A stretch of DNA of 64,000 nt from contig JADIIX010000013.1 of the NCBI GenBank assembly GCA_027604505.1, positions 62,001-126,000 of the forward strand, written 5' to 3'. The stretch is from Gonapodya sp. JEL0774 (Eukaryota). Below are positions 13,798 through 25,478 of the stretch, in pieces (positions within the stretch are counted from its first letter, which is position 1; the number at the start of each line of letters is the position of its first letter). The notes beneath the pieces are model-generated. The model searched no databases, had not been told where the DNA came from, and was given only the letters and a program-made list of their open reading frames with translations. The position numbers and the translations under genes are program-made.

Positions 13798-16700
13798 ATG
13801 AATCAGGAGGGAAATCATCATGGCTCTAACAACATTCAAGCGTCCTTCAATGTAGTTCGCTTGGATTCTGGGGCTGTCATGGCGCCCGCCCTTGAGCGAA
13901 CAGCATCGTCGAAGGTCGGAAACGTCGTGAGAACAGAGTCGACACTTCTTCTGGATCAGGGTCGTGAATACGAATCAGAGCCTTTGCATGTTGCCATTCG
14001 AGTGGGATCGCCGGTTCGCTTTGGACCAAGCGTCCAGCAGCTGTTAGCAGGGCCTGCGTACCGAGATCCATCCCACAATGGAGATGAGGTTTCGAGAAAG
14101 CAGAACCGTACCAAGCGCCCTATCTCTGCTCGGTTTCTGGCCATTAGTTCCTTCGTTCTGGCTTTGGGGACACTCATTACCGCTGGTAAGTGAGCCCAAT
14201 TTTCATGCCACTGGCATCTGCGGCTCATTGTTTTTCTTTCTTCACTCTGTTCATGCAGTTCTGAGAAGGATGCAAGCTCTGGAAGAGCCGTGGCCTGTCG
14301 TTCGTAACCACACAGGACGAACACAATCAGCGCGGCATTACGACGGTGACCTCAGGACGGCCTCGGTTGCGACGGGAAGGAGAGAGCGTGGGAACCTTGA
14401 AGCCCTTCAAACATTTCAGTTTCTAGATAACTTTCATGTGGAGCATCACAGGATTGTGGCCAATCTCCTCATACCAGGTAAGCGACAGAGAGTCTCACAG
14501 TTCCGTCACTTCACCATATAAACCTACGGATGCAGATCCTCCTATCTACCTCATCTGGACAACACCTGCAACAACATTTCTTCCGACCCACCATCATGTA
14601 CTCTCCTCCTACCTCTTTCATCATCCAAAATCTCACATCACTATTCTGACAACCGAACTCAATCAATCCTTTTTTAGCAAATACACGGACCTCGGCTATC
14701 ATGTGGTAGTTGAGCATATCTCAGAAGAGAGCCTACGGCGTATGGTTCTCCCCGAGACTGAAGGCGGCTTTGGGTGCCCAGGCCGACCTTGGGTTGACAG
14801 CCTCCCTGAGTGGCGACATGGTCGCTACTTCTACTCCCACCTGACAGATTTTCTCCGCTTCTGTTACCTTTTTCGTCATGGAGGAGTCTATTCGGACTTT
14901 GATGCAATGCTTCTCCAGCCTCTTTGGAATGCCCTGCCTCCTCATCAACTTCCCCGTGTATTTGCGAATGCTAGCGGACAAGTTTCTTGCTTCATAGGTC
15001 GTGACCTAGCCAGGTCGTCAAATCTCTGCTCGTGGTGCTTGCCCGGGAATGATTCATACCTCGCACCTGGACTTATGGGATGTCCTCCAGGCCACCCCCT
15101 TCTACTGCGTGCACTCAAGAGAGCGTTTGAGGACGACCCTTACCTACCGAATGTGTTTAACTCGGTGGGCCCTAAAGCAGTGACGGAATCGTACAAGTAC
15201 TTGGTGAAAACAGGCAGTGAAGATGAGGTGATTGTGGTGGAAAGGGGTGCTTTTTATCCGTATCCCTACGACGCTAGTTGGAAGGTCTTTGAGGCGGAAG
15301 CCGAAGGGAAGATTGGTGGGGAGGGAAAGCTTGCGAGACTTGCCAGGTGTGTCGGATGAGATGGTTGAGACTCACGCCCTCGCTTCAACCTCCTTGGTCG
15401 TTCTCATCCGGCTTCAGGTCTTCAACGTCTCTGCATTTGTATGGACATAAAACTCGACACCTTTCTCCACATGCGAACTCCACGCTCGCGGCTGCTTGGG
15501 AACGGTTTTCCGTTATTGCGGACGGGAACTGCACGTCCCTTCAAAATTGCGGCGATGATGACAGTCAACACATTCGGATTGGAAACGCTCGGTTCTCGCT
15601 CGTTGCCCCGACACACTTGGCTCTCGGAGCTCCCTTCATCCTCGTTGGTGGATTGAGGGTCATTTCGAACGAAGGTTTCCAATCACGAAATGAAAGCGAG
15701 GGATTACTTAAGGGGCAGTCTTTACCTCATTGGACAGCAACCCTAAAGGCAGAGCGCGGGCTTTTTTGGCTACCTCCCGCCACTCTTCCCGCAGAAGTAC
15801 TCGCAAATCCCGATAGTCAGCATATCTTGAATTTCTCGCATGTTGCTGATAAAGTTATTCTCGAAAGCCACTCTGTCGCCGAGCTCAACTCGCGCTTGGG
15901 AAAAGTCGTCTATGTTTTGCCCGAGCAAGATTCCGACTTTGCTGAAGGCCGTGATATCATTTCGGTGACCGTAAGAACTCTGTATGGGAAGTCGGTATCC
16001 AATGCAACGCTCAAGATTCCAGTGTACCATGTAGCCACTCTCGTGACGGTTATCGTCAAAACTGTTTCGCGATTCGACAAGGTGTTTTCTTTGGTCGACA
16101 GCGTGCACGCAAGCTACCCGGGTATCAAAATAATAGTGGCTGACGACGGAGACAGTGCAAATGGTAGGAGGGAGGGTTGGCGAAAGGGCAAAGGATCGGC
16201 GAGGTCACGAATGAAGAGCAGCAACGCTTCAAAAGTTGAAGGAAATGATACCGATCTTCAACGAATGCATGGCTTTTATTACTTGCCATTGAACTTTGAC
16301 GTTGGACTTTCAGCGGGCAGAAATGCGATGGTGGACCGAGTCCAGACGGAGTACTTCCTAACTTTGGATGATGATTTCACACTCCTCCCAGGTGGGGGAC
16401 TCGGGACCCTCCTGCACGCTTTAGAAGGAATGCATGGAGTGTTCGACATAGCAGCTGGCAAGATTCCCAACGATGAGGATAATTTTGGATTCGATTATTC
16501 TGGTACAATGGAAAAGCTGGACGACGTCGTACGACTAAAACACGGCTCGAAGGGGACCCATAGGGGCTGTGACCATGTCGATTTTGTCCCAAACGTTTTT
16601 CTGGGGCGGACGCGTTTATTCCAGCAGCGTCTCAAATGGGATGAGGATCTTAAACTTGGCGAACATGAAGAGTTTTTCCTGCGAGCCAAGGAAATGAATA

Positions 16701-17924
16701 TTGGTGTGCTCACGTGTCCTGGAGTGGGGTTCGTCCACGGGCAGGTGGAACACTGGAAGAATCGCACAGGATACGACAAAATGAGAAACAGAGTATATGA
16801 GTTTTGGAAAGTTGCGGTAAAGAAGATGGGCGTGGCAAAATTGGAGGTAATGGGGAAAGTTGTGATGGATGTTCGATGTATGCGAAGATTTGTCATTTTT
16901 TGCGTAAACGGACATTTTTACCTGCTCACTATCATCTTGTAGTACCGGCACCGCCTATAGCCCTCAAGCTCCTCTCGGCTCACCCTTTTCACGTCACTAT
17001 TCATTTCCCGTCATCCCATGTGATGCCGTCTCATAAAGTACATGTCTCCCAAACATCCTCCACGAACCAGATATTCACGGCAGCAAACTTTGGTCAGGGG
17101 GAGGACTACCGTGGAGGTGATGTGATGACTCTGTATGGACTGAAACCATCAGCCACATATACAGTATGGGTGAGAAGTGGAAACGGTTTCATTTGGGAAG
17201 AGGTTGGGATACGAGCTCAAGTGTCAACAGCAGACGAAGTATCTTTTATGGGTGAGTCTTCCGATTACAGTCGTCTAACTTTGCGATTCATACAAGCGTA
17301 ACTGACTGGCAGCCAACAGATCACAACCTCGTCTCGAACCCTTCTTTTGAGGAACCGACTTCGCGTTGGGACTGGCGGCACTCTCCAATATCTTTCAGCA
17401 TGCTCCCACCTTTCACTTCCATCCGAAGTGGTTGCCTCTCCGGGGAATGGTGCGGTCACTTAGCTGTTCCCATTGATTCCACACAATACCCCACGCAGGA
17501 ACTTTCTGTGACCAGATTTTGGCAAGGAATCGACGGATCGAAGATTCATAATGCAGCTGGTGATCAGCTACAGGTAATTGAAGTATCGGGATACTCTCGC
17601 GGTGACGTCATGGCCGCAAGGTCAGGTTGGTCCTGGCTGCTCACCGTTCGAATCACTTGGGCGAATGATTTCAAACGACTGGATTCCTGTTCGAACGTCC
17701 GGAACGGTCTCCTCTTCGTCGGTGCAAATTCCCAGCAGTTTGCTGCTGACTATGATCCAACGAACGTTGGATGGCACCCAGCTGTGGTAACACTTTGTGT
17801 AAGCCCCTGGGCTAGAATTGACTATTTGGAGGTTGGGGGGTTCTTGGAATCACCCGCAGGGACCTCAGTGTGGTTTGACCAGTTTGCTGTGCTTGCTGGG
17901 AAAAGTCCATTGATATCCCCATGA
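13798..17924 (+). CDS. Multi-exon type II membrane bifunctional glycosyltransferase: GT32 (A4GALT/Gb3-synthase-like) + B4GALNT1/2 (GT12)-like + FN3 + CBM4/9-like domain
   Basis: N-terminal anchor RFLAISSFVLALGTLITA. GT32 motifs: SHLTDFLRFCYLFRHGGVYSDFD, GPKAVT, SLHLYGHK. GT12-like motifs: LNSRLGKVVY, LVTVIVKTVSRFDK..YPGIKIIVADD, GLSAGRNAMVDRVQTEYFLTLDDDF, KWDEDLKLGEHEEFF. FN3: LYGLKPSATYTVWV. Jelly-roll: NLVSNPSFEE...VWFDQFAV. Confidence 0.85.
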
Positions 17925-18128
17925 TTCCACGTTATTATGATGGCTATTGCTATGAATGTAGCTCTGTGTGCTTTTTTGACAATGCTGATGTGAGCGGGTC
18001 CCTGTGTTCATTTATCCATAGGGGCTGTGCGGAGCACATACAAATCTGGTCACTTTGACATCGTCGAGTCTTCTTCCCATTTTTCGCTCTCACGCTCAAT
18101 CGAGCCCAAGCGATCAGCCGCGACAATC

Positions 18129-19326
18129 ATGGCTCCTGTCATTACACCCGAGCTAGCTGCGCACGCTTTCTATCGTCGTCAAGCAGCTGCAGCAGTCGTA
18201 TCTGCAATCACACCTTCAGACGATGACCTCCGAACCATCTATATCAGTAAGTCAAACCTTAGCATCCAGCGATGTTGCGATCGCTGACTCGTGGTTTCCC
18301 CATTTGGAATCAACTAGTTGTCGGGATGTCTGTAAGTTTCCTTACTTGCATTCCCACTCTGTTGAGTCAGGTTTCACTCATACAATACCTCACGACCAAA
18401 GGTTTTTATTCTGATCGTATGGAATATTCCTTATCTGGAATATATTCTTTATCCCTTCAAAGTCTTGACGATTGGTGTGAGTTCTGAGCTGTAGCTGTTG
18501 CCATAAAGCCTTGCTCAGAACCAACCTGCCACGAAATGTTAGCTCCATGAATTCGGCCATGCATCTGCCACGATTCTTACCGGTGGTCACGTTGAAGGAA
18601 TAGAGCTTGATCCACATCTTGGAGGGGTCACGCACACCAGGGGTGGAATCTCAAAAATATCACTTCCTGCAGGGTACATTGGAAGCACCTTCTGGGGCGC
18701 TCTGATGCTCTTTGCTGGATTTGATACCACCGCTTCGAAATACGTGTCCATAGTTGTCGGTGAGTGGTCGCCTGGCTCGGTTCGATATCCTATATCTGAC
18801 ACTGTTCCACAGCTGCTGTGATGCTCTTGATTCTCCTGTGGGCACGAAATTGGCTTGCACGAGGGATAGCTGTCGCTTTTGCGGCTGTGATTATCTTGCT
18901 TTTCATTTTTCTCCCCGTCGGGTTGAGGTAAGATTTGCGTGTTGGGTTGGAGAACTACTGTAAGGGGCGCTTATCGACGGTTAACGCCCCCCCTTGTCGT
19001 CCTTGACTTGGAACTTTCTTGGTTAGATATGCAATGTTATGGATGGGTACTATGTCCGCCCTATACTCGCTCTATGACATCGTCGACGATTTGATCAAAC
19101 GGAGGGTGAATGAGTCTGACGCCAGCCAGTTTGCGCGAGTTTGCGGTTGTGGTATTATCGGGCCCAAAACTTGGGGTGTCATTTGGCTGGTGATCTCTTT
19201 CGCTTTCGTTGCTGCAGCAATAATCGGCGCAATAGTGGCATTTAAGGTAAGCGTGCGCTCCGCTGTATTTAATGTCGTGAGTTGATGCTGATCCCTGACA
19301 TCCCAAAGAATGTTCAAAACAATTGA
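18129..19326 (+). CDS. Peptidase M50B-like intramembrane metalloprotease (multi-exon)
   Basis: Exon ~18543-18740 reads LHEFGHASATILTGGHVEGIELDPHLGGVTHTRGGISKISLPAGYIGSTFWGALMLFAGFD. A later exon reads YSLYDIVDDLIKRRVNESDASQFA..WGVIW. Confidence 0.88.
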
Positions 19327-19578
19327 AAGGTGCACGTACCTGCGAGTACTCTCTTGATGGGAGCGGAGCAATATGTTAGAGTAATTTTTAGGACCTGTAA
19401 TGATCTTTTATGTCATTTTTATTGAATTCCTCGTCACTCTTCTTGACTGTAAGAAGTTGCCTCAAGAGGGATGGATACACGAAATCCATCGTTTTTGACG
19501 AAGGCCACCAAAATTTCGGGAAGACGGCAGAAAATACGATTTTGCTCCACAATATCGGTAATTTTTGTACAATCTAAA

Positions 19579-22500
19579 TCACTTCCCTTCCCCGAAAGAA
19601 AAGCCCGTTCCCCCCGTTTTTGGCAAAGGTGGCTGAAACCCGAATCCAAATGTTACAGCCTTTGGGGGAGAATGGGGTTGAGGCGCCGACGACGGTGCCG
19701 CTCCACCGTTCACCAATGGTTCCGACGATTTTAGTGGAAGTTGTCCAAACGTAAACACACCAGGACTTGCGGTATTGTTGGATGTTGTGATTGACTGAGT
19801 GGAACTTGCATTCAGCGCGCTGAATGCACCGGCTTGCGAAGACAAACCACTTCCGAACATTGCAGTGGCACCTCCGTTAGCTGCTGTTGGTGGCGGGATT
19901 GTGGTCGATGATGATACACCAAAGGAGAACGAGAGTTGAGAAGAGGACGGGGTGCTGGTTCCGAATGCAGCGCCGAACAACGTCGTCGCTGCTCCCGAAG
20001 GTTTGAAAACGAAGCCTCCCGACGGGTTAGCAATTCCGTTTGCCTCCGTCTGCGGTATGGTGGCTGATGTAGATCCGAATCCAAAGGATGCGGCAGATAA
20101 TAGCGGTGGAGCAGACGGTGCGTTTACATCCCCACTACTTCCAAAGAGGAAGGCAGGAGGTGGAGGCACCGCAGAGGCGGGGGCACTCGATAGTCCGTCT
20201 GAAGGTTTCGGAGTTTCACAGGCGATACACTTAGCATCCGTGAGTTTATTCTAAACACGAGCGGGTTCTCATTAGATACTGCTGATTTTACAGAAAACAC
20301 ATTGTGGAAGCTTACTTTCACGTCACATGTTGGACACTTCCAAGTGTCGCCAGATGATTTCGGAGCTGTAACTCCAGCTGCTGCCCAATTAAAGCCAGAT
20401 TGCACTGGAGGTGCAGGCTGGGCAGATGCTCCGGAGGGAGCAGATGATGCGTCACTTGAGGGTGTAGGTTTAGGTGATTCACAAGATTCGCACTTCGTCT
20501 TTGCCTCTTTATTCTGTCAGATAGAGGAGCACATCAGGATGATGAAGTTGATCAGAGTGAGGATCGAAACCTACGACTATTCCGCAAGTATCGCACTTCC
20601 AACTTCCAGGCGGCACCTTCACTTTGGCAAAGCCGGCTGCAGCGAAATCAAAAGTAGCGGCGGGCGTTGACGTTGCTGACGATTTTGAAGAAAGTTCAGA
20701 TGATGTGATGGCGCTGTTACCGTTGGCACTAGGCTGGAACTTGGATCCCAAAGCACCAAACACAGCGGTTTGTGATGGAATTGGCATGGTCGGAAGAGGA
20801 GACGGTATCGACGCCTGAGGTAATACAGCATTTGATGGAAGTGTAGCAGGCCGTGCGGCCTCACAAGACACACATTGCTGTGCTGTTGACTTATTCTGAG
20901 GCAAGCAAATGTGCTTCAAAGAGTGTACACAAACGCTCAATCTCGTACGCAACTCACATCCACTAAACACGTCGTGCACTTCCAGGAACCCGGGGTTTGA
21001 TTTGGTTTTGTGAGTCCAGCAGCGGTATAATTGAAGCCTGATTGCGCAACGGAGGTGACAATTCCAGCGGAAGGCCCAGAAGCAGTGCTAGAGGCGGCGT
21101 TCGACTCGGTAGGTGGCTTTTGGATTGAGATGCCACCTGGTGCTGCGGATGTACTTGGAGCGGATTGCACATTCAAAACCGAGGAACCAGCATTAAAATT
21201 GAGCTTGGGGGCTTCTGAATAACTTGTCAATGGCTTTGTGGTATCAGATGGCTCAAATGCCGCTTTTCCATCTCCAGAACCTGCATCTTTCCCAAAGCGG
21301 AATTTAGGAAGATCCCCCAATTGCCTGTTGTTGTACTCCGCAAGAAGGTCGGTAAGCCGAGTCGATCGTGCTGGCACACCACTGGGCGATGTGACTGCGG
21401 TGAACTTGAATTGAGGAAGAGATTCGGCAGGAAGGTCGTTGGTCTGTAGGTGATCCAATACCGTACATATTAGTGGTTTGTCAGTGGTAATTGTAATTAC
21501 TTCGTCAAACTCACTTCCTCGAGCTTCCTCTTAAGGGACAAATTCGACACTCCTGCATTCGTATCTCCCACGCTCGAAACACTCCTTGTAGACCCTGTAC
21601 CCGGTTCAGGTACCTGACTTGCTAACGGTACTGACAGTGGGATTAAACGGGACTTCTCTGTCGGTTCCACTGACTGGGTCTCCGGAAGCTGAACAGTGGC
21701 AGGCAGTGCGGTATCCGACTTCTGCTTTCCAGTTTTGGGATTCATCGTGCCTTCATCGCTTTGCACTGCTTTGGTCCCTTCCGCCCCCGCAATTACGTCA
21801 GCCTTCTCCGTGGGAGCACCCTTTGCATTCACAGAGTAGTCTCGCCCATTGTTCCCGCTCTCAGCAAGTCCCTCTTCATCTTCGTCAGAAACGCGACCAA
21901 CGGTGCCCCCACTCTTTTTCGGATGCGGTGTACCCTTGCTCATTCCTGCCCATACACTTGTCACTGGTTCTCTCCGACCCAAGGGCGATGGTACGGCAGG
22001 CTTGCTTGGTGTTGCCAGCTGGCCAAATCGTTGCTTAGCTGGATTAAGTGGCGTAGTGGGCGGTTGAGCCGAAACGGAGACGCGAATGGGTTCGTTCGTT
22101 CTCGGCGCATCCGATTTAGCGAGTTCCGACGCTGTGACGGTGGCGGACGGTGGTGCGGGTGCGGAAATGTGCTTGGACGAATTTGAGAGGAGTGAGGATG
22201 AAGATGTAGCCAAATCCCCGCCAATCTTTCCTGATCCTACTACGGGGCCTGGTCCTGAAAGCATATTTCTCTTGGGACTTTCCTCGTCCTTGGCAGGAGG
22301 GGGCGAAAACATAACAGGGCTTCCTGTAGTTCGTGGGTGTTTCGAAGGGACATCAGAGCTGTCCGTGGGGGGCGCAAGCTTCCGTGATGAAAGTGAGACC
22401 ACCGTCTGGTTGGTTGGAGAAGATTTCGTGGGCTTCGCCACTTTGGGAGGTTGAGCTGGGGGTCCAGCTGTCGATGAGCTATGGATGGGCAACGGTACAT

Positions 22501-24203
22501 AAGGATTAAACGGGGCGTATGGATTGTAGGGCTCCGAAGGTGTCTTCAATTGGGTTAGAGCACACAACAGTCATACAAAGTGGCAACAGGATGCAAGACA
22601 CAGAAAGAGCACCTCTTACCTTGGTCTGTGCTGCTGTCTTCTTAGCTTGCTCGTTGGCTGCTGGTTCGTTTCTCTGCGTTGATAACAAAATGAATCTGCT
22701 TAGAACGGATGAGATATTCAACAGAACCTTCTCAGATGCTCACTACAGCACCAAATCCCGCGCCAAAGCTTTCTTCCCTGAGTGCCTCCGCAATTGCCAT
22801 CGCTGCCGTAGTTCCACCAAAGGCTGGTCCCAGCCCTCCTGCTCGCCCCACTGCAGACCAGGTTGAAGGCGCGCCGGTCCATCCCGCGCTTCCGGACACA
22901 TCAGCCATGTCTAAGTCACCTTCTCGGTCACCTTCATCTCGTCTTGTCACAGTAGCATTCTCTTCTTGCTGCGCCGTGGATGACGCCGTGGGCCAGTGCG
23001 ATGTTCGTGCGCGCTTTCCTGCCGTAGGCACAACTGGGTCATCTCTAGCTGGTGGGGAGAGAGCATCTTCTCCGTCTCGCTCATAATCTCTGGACCCGTT
23101 CGTTTCACTTCCAGCTCCCACAACGCCAGCCCACCGTGTCGCGGGGGACATGTAGCCTCCGTACGCGCCGTATCCTCCAACTGCGCCATAAGGCTTGCGG
23201 CCCGCTCCGTAGCCAACGCCGTAATATTTTGCTGCAGGGCGACTTCGGGAGGATGTGGTGGAACGCGTTGGGTGGGAGCGAAGGGAGCTTTTGGAGCGAG
23301 TGGACGGGGCGGACTCAACGGGCGCATCAAGAGAAGCAAAGAGCGTAAAGCCTGGAATGGGTGGCGGACGCCGAGAAGGGGCAGAGACTAAAGGGGCAGA
23401 GAATGGAGAACAGGTAATGAGTATATAGAAGCGAAATGTCAGGGGGTCTGCAGCCAACGCTCTGACACGGTTTTGAAACCTGCTGCTTGGCGAGAGAGCA
23501 TATGTTGCATGTAAATACGGGCCAGTGTACGGGCGGGAGGAGGAACACAGCGAGTTCGCTGATACCGCGGCTGCACTCTAGACCACCTCCTCGTGGCAAT
23601 GGTGTCTTGCCAAGGATAGAGGTATCACCCTTCCATTGGGCACGACGAACGTACCTTCCTTAGTTGTCGAGTTTCCTCCCGCTTGGTCTATCTTTGCGCC
23701 AACTTGATGCCTCGCTGACCCCATAGCTGTTCCAACATTTGGTTTCATTCCGAAACTCGAGGTAGCGGAGTCGCCAGCAGAGTCCAATCGAATGTTTTGA
23801 TTATCTCCAGACGAGCCAATAGAGCGTCCAGAAACTGCTGTTCTTCCAATTCCTCCAATTCCTCCTCGAGGTGCCCGGTCATTGTAGGGTTGTCGAGGTG
23901 CCCCATGTTCTGAAGAATCGAACGTGAAAGGGAAGGAAGGTTCCTCGTCGACGTCAATTGGAGGCTCATCTCTATCCAGCTGAGAGTGTGGGCGTTTCTG
24001 GTGAAGCAGCGCCCCAGAAGACGAAGAGGCGGAAGGGAGAGAATCGATGACGGTGGTGTCGGCAGCGAAGTCGTCGGGGGCAGATGCAGAAACGCGCTAA
24101 ACTCGCCAGACAAACAGGATGGCACGCGTTTTGGTTTTAGTGCAATTTGTTTCGGGAAGGGAATCAGTGGGGGTTGGTGGCTAGAGGTGAAGCTGAAGTC
24201 CAT
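19579..24203 (-). CDS. Nup153/Nup1-like FG nucleoporin with three RanBP2-type zinc fingers (multi-exon; start uncertain)
   Basis: Spliced fingers WKCTTCLVD|NKSTAQQCVSCE, WKCDTCGIV|NKEAKTKCESCE and WKCPTCDVK|NKLTDAKCIACE. C-terminal FxFG/FG repeats (FLFG, FSFG, FTFG, FSFGEGK) and PxFxF motifs. Confidence 0.75.
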
Positions 24204-24599
24204 GCGACAAACGCACCTTGATTGGCGAAACCGCGGCAAAGATCCGCTCTACGTAACGTTTCCAATAAATTTGGTCGAAATACGTAATTGATTCACGTAT
24301 CACAGTCATTTCCCAGAGGAATCGTAATTTGTGGTGGAGGTGGACAACGCAGGGGAGACGTGGGCATACGTTGGTCAATCTCCAGCAAAAGAATCTGAAC
24401 TCGTCGATCTGCCACGGGAGTACGTTTCGAAACTCACGCCACATCGTGTCAAAGCGAGCAACAGAAGTGAGCTTGAACCGTCTGCAGACAAGGAAGGCTC
24501 ACACACTATTCAGAACACCAAACCGGGCTAAGGACAAGAAATAAATGCGTACATAATTTCGAAGTTATTCATGCTCCTACATGTCTTCTCTAGCTCCCC

Positions 24600-25050
24600 G
24601 ATGAAGCATTGGTCAAAATATTTGGAACTACTATTTTCATAATCGGACTCCCTGCGTCAACCAAAGCGTCGAGGAACAAACCGTTGTCGGCAGCGAATCC
24701 TTGAGCCACCACCCTGGACGCTGAGTCGCATGACCAAAAAGATCTGACTCCAGTACAAACGTCGGGCTTCCCAACCGCCACGTACTTGGGGCCAGCCAGA
24801 CCAGAAACGTTGGTTAGTACGAAGGGCCGGTGAGAATCAACATGTAGAGAGAGTTGTCCACAACATTGGCAGGCTCGTACGACCCAGGGTACACAAGGCG
24901 CTTCTGTTGAACGGCACTGCGGGGAAGTCCCGCTAGTGCAACACCCTGTGGAATGGTGAGACCCCGCACGATCCAGTCATCGCGAACAGCAACGATAGGA
25001 TTGATGATGTACGTGCGCGGAGCGAGCTTAGATATCTCCTCCAACGGTCA
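24600..25050 (-). pseudogene. Degraded remnant of a non-animal heme peroxidase (C-terminal half)
   Basis: RGLTIPQGVALAG (cf. GLsxxElVALxGaH), PANVVDNSLYMLIL (cf. PxxFDNsYyxxLl) and SRVVAQGFAADNGLFLDALVDA (cf. vxxfAxDxxxFfxxFxxA) occur in the correct order. In-frame stops, a frame change and no proximal His. Confidence 0.35.
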
Positions 25051-25478
25051 ATTGTGTCTTGAGGTCAGCGCGTCCCCGACGAAGTCCGGAGTGATCGATC
25101 TCGCGGTAGCTCGAGGCACACTGTTTTGCGACGCTGACAAGTAGAGCACTGACGTAAGATTGTCCAGAGGTCGTGGTGTCTGGTGCGGTGCCTATTTAAC
25201 AACCCGTGGCAGTCAGAAGCCGCAGTTCTTGTGCTGTGCGTGAGTGAACAAATCTAAAAACTATTCGGTGCCGTGTACAAAATTTCTCTTTGGCGCCACC
25301 AGTTCGGATTCTGGCCTAAATTCTCGGGAAGCGGTAGTTGGAAGGGCAGTGCAGGCGGCAGCCAAGGTCCTTTTGCATCTCCAGGCTGATGTTTTGTGAC
25401 TGGATATGTACAGTTCATACGTAGAGCTGGCTGGATTGTCTTAGATCCTGACCCGGACTCAAAAATGGATGGTGCAAA

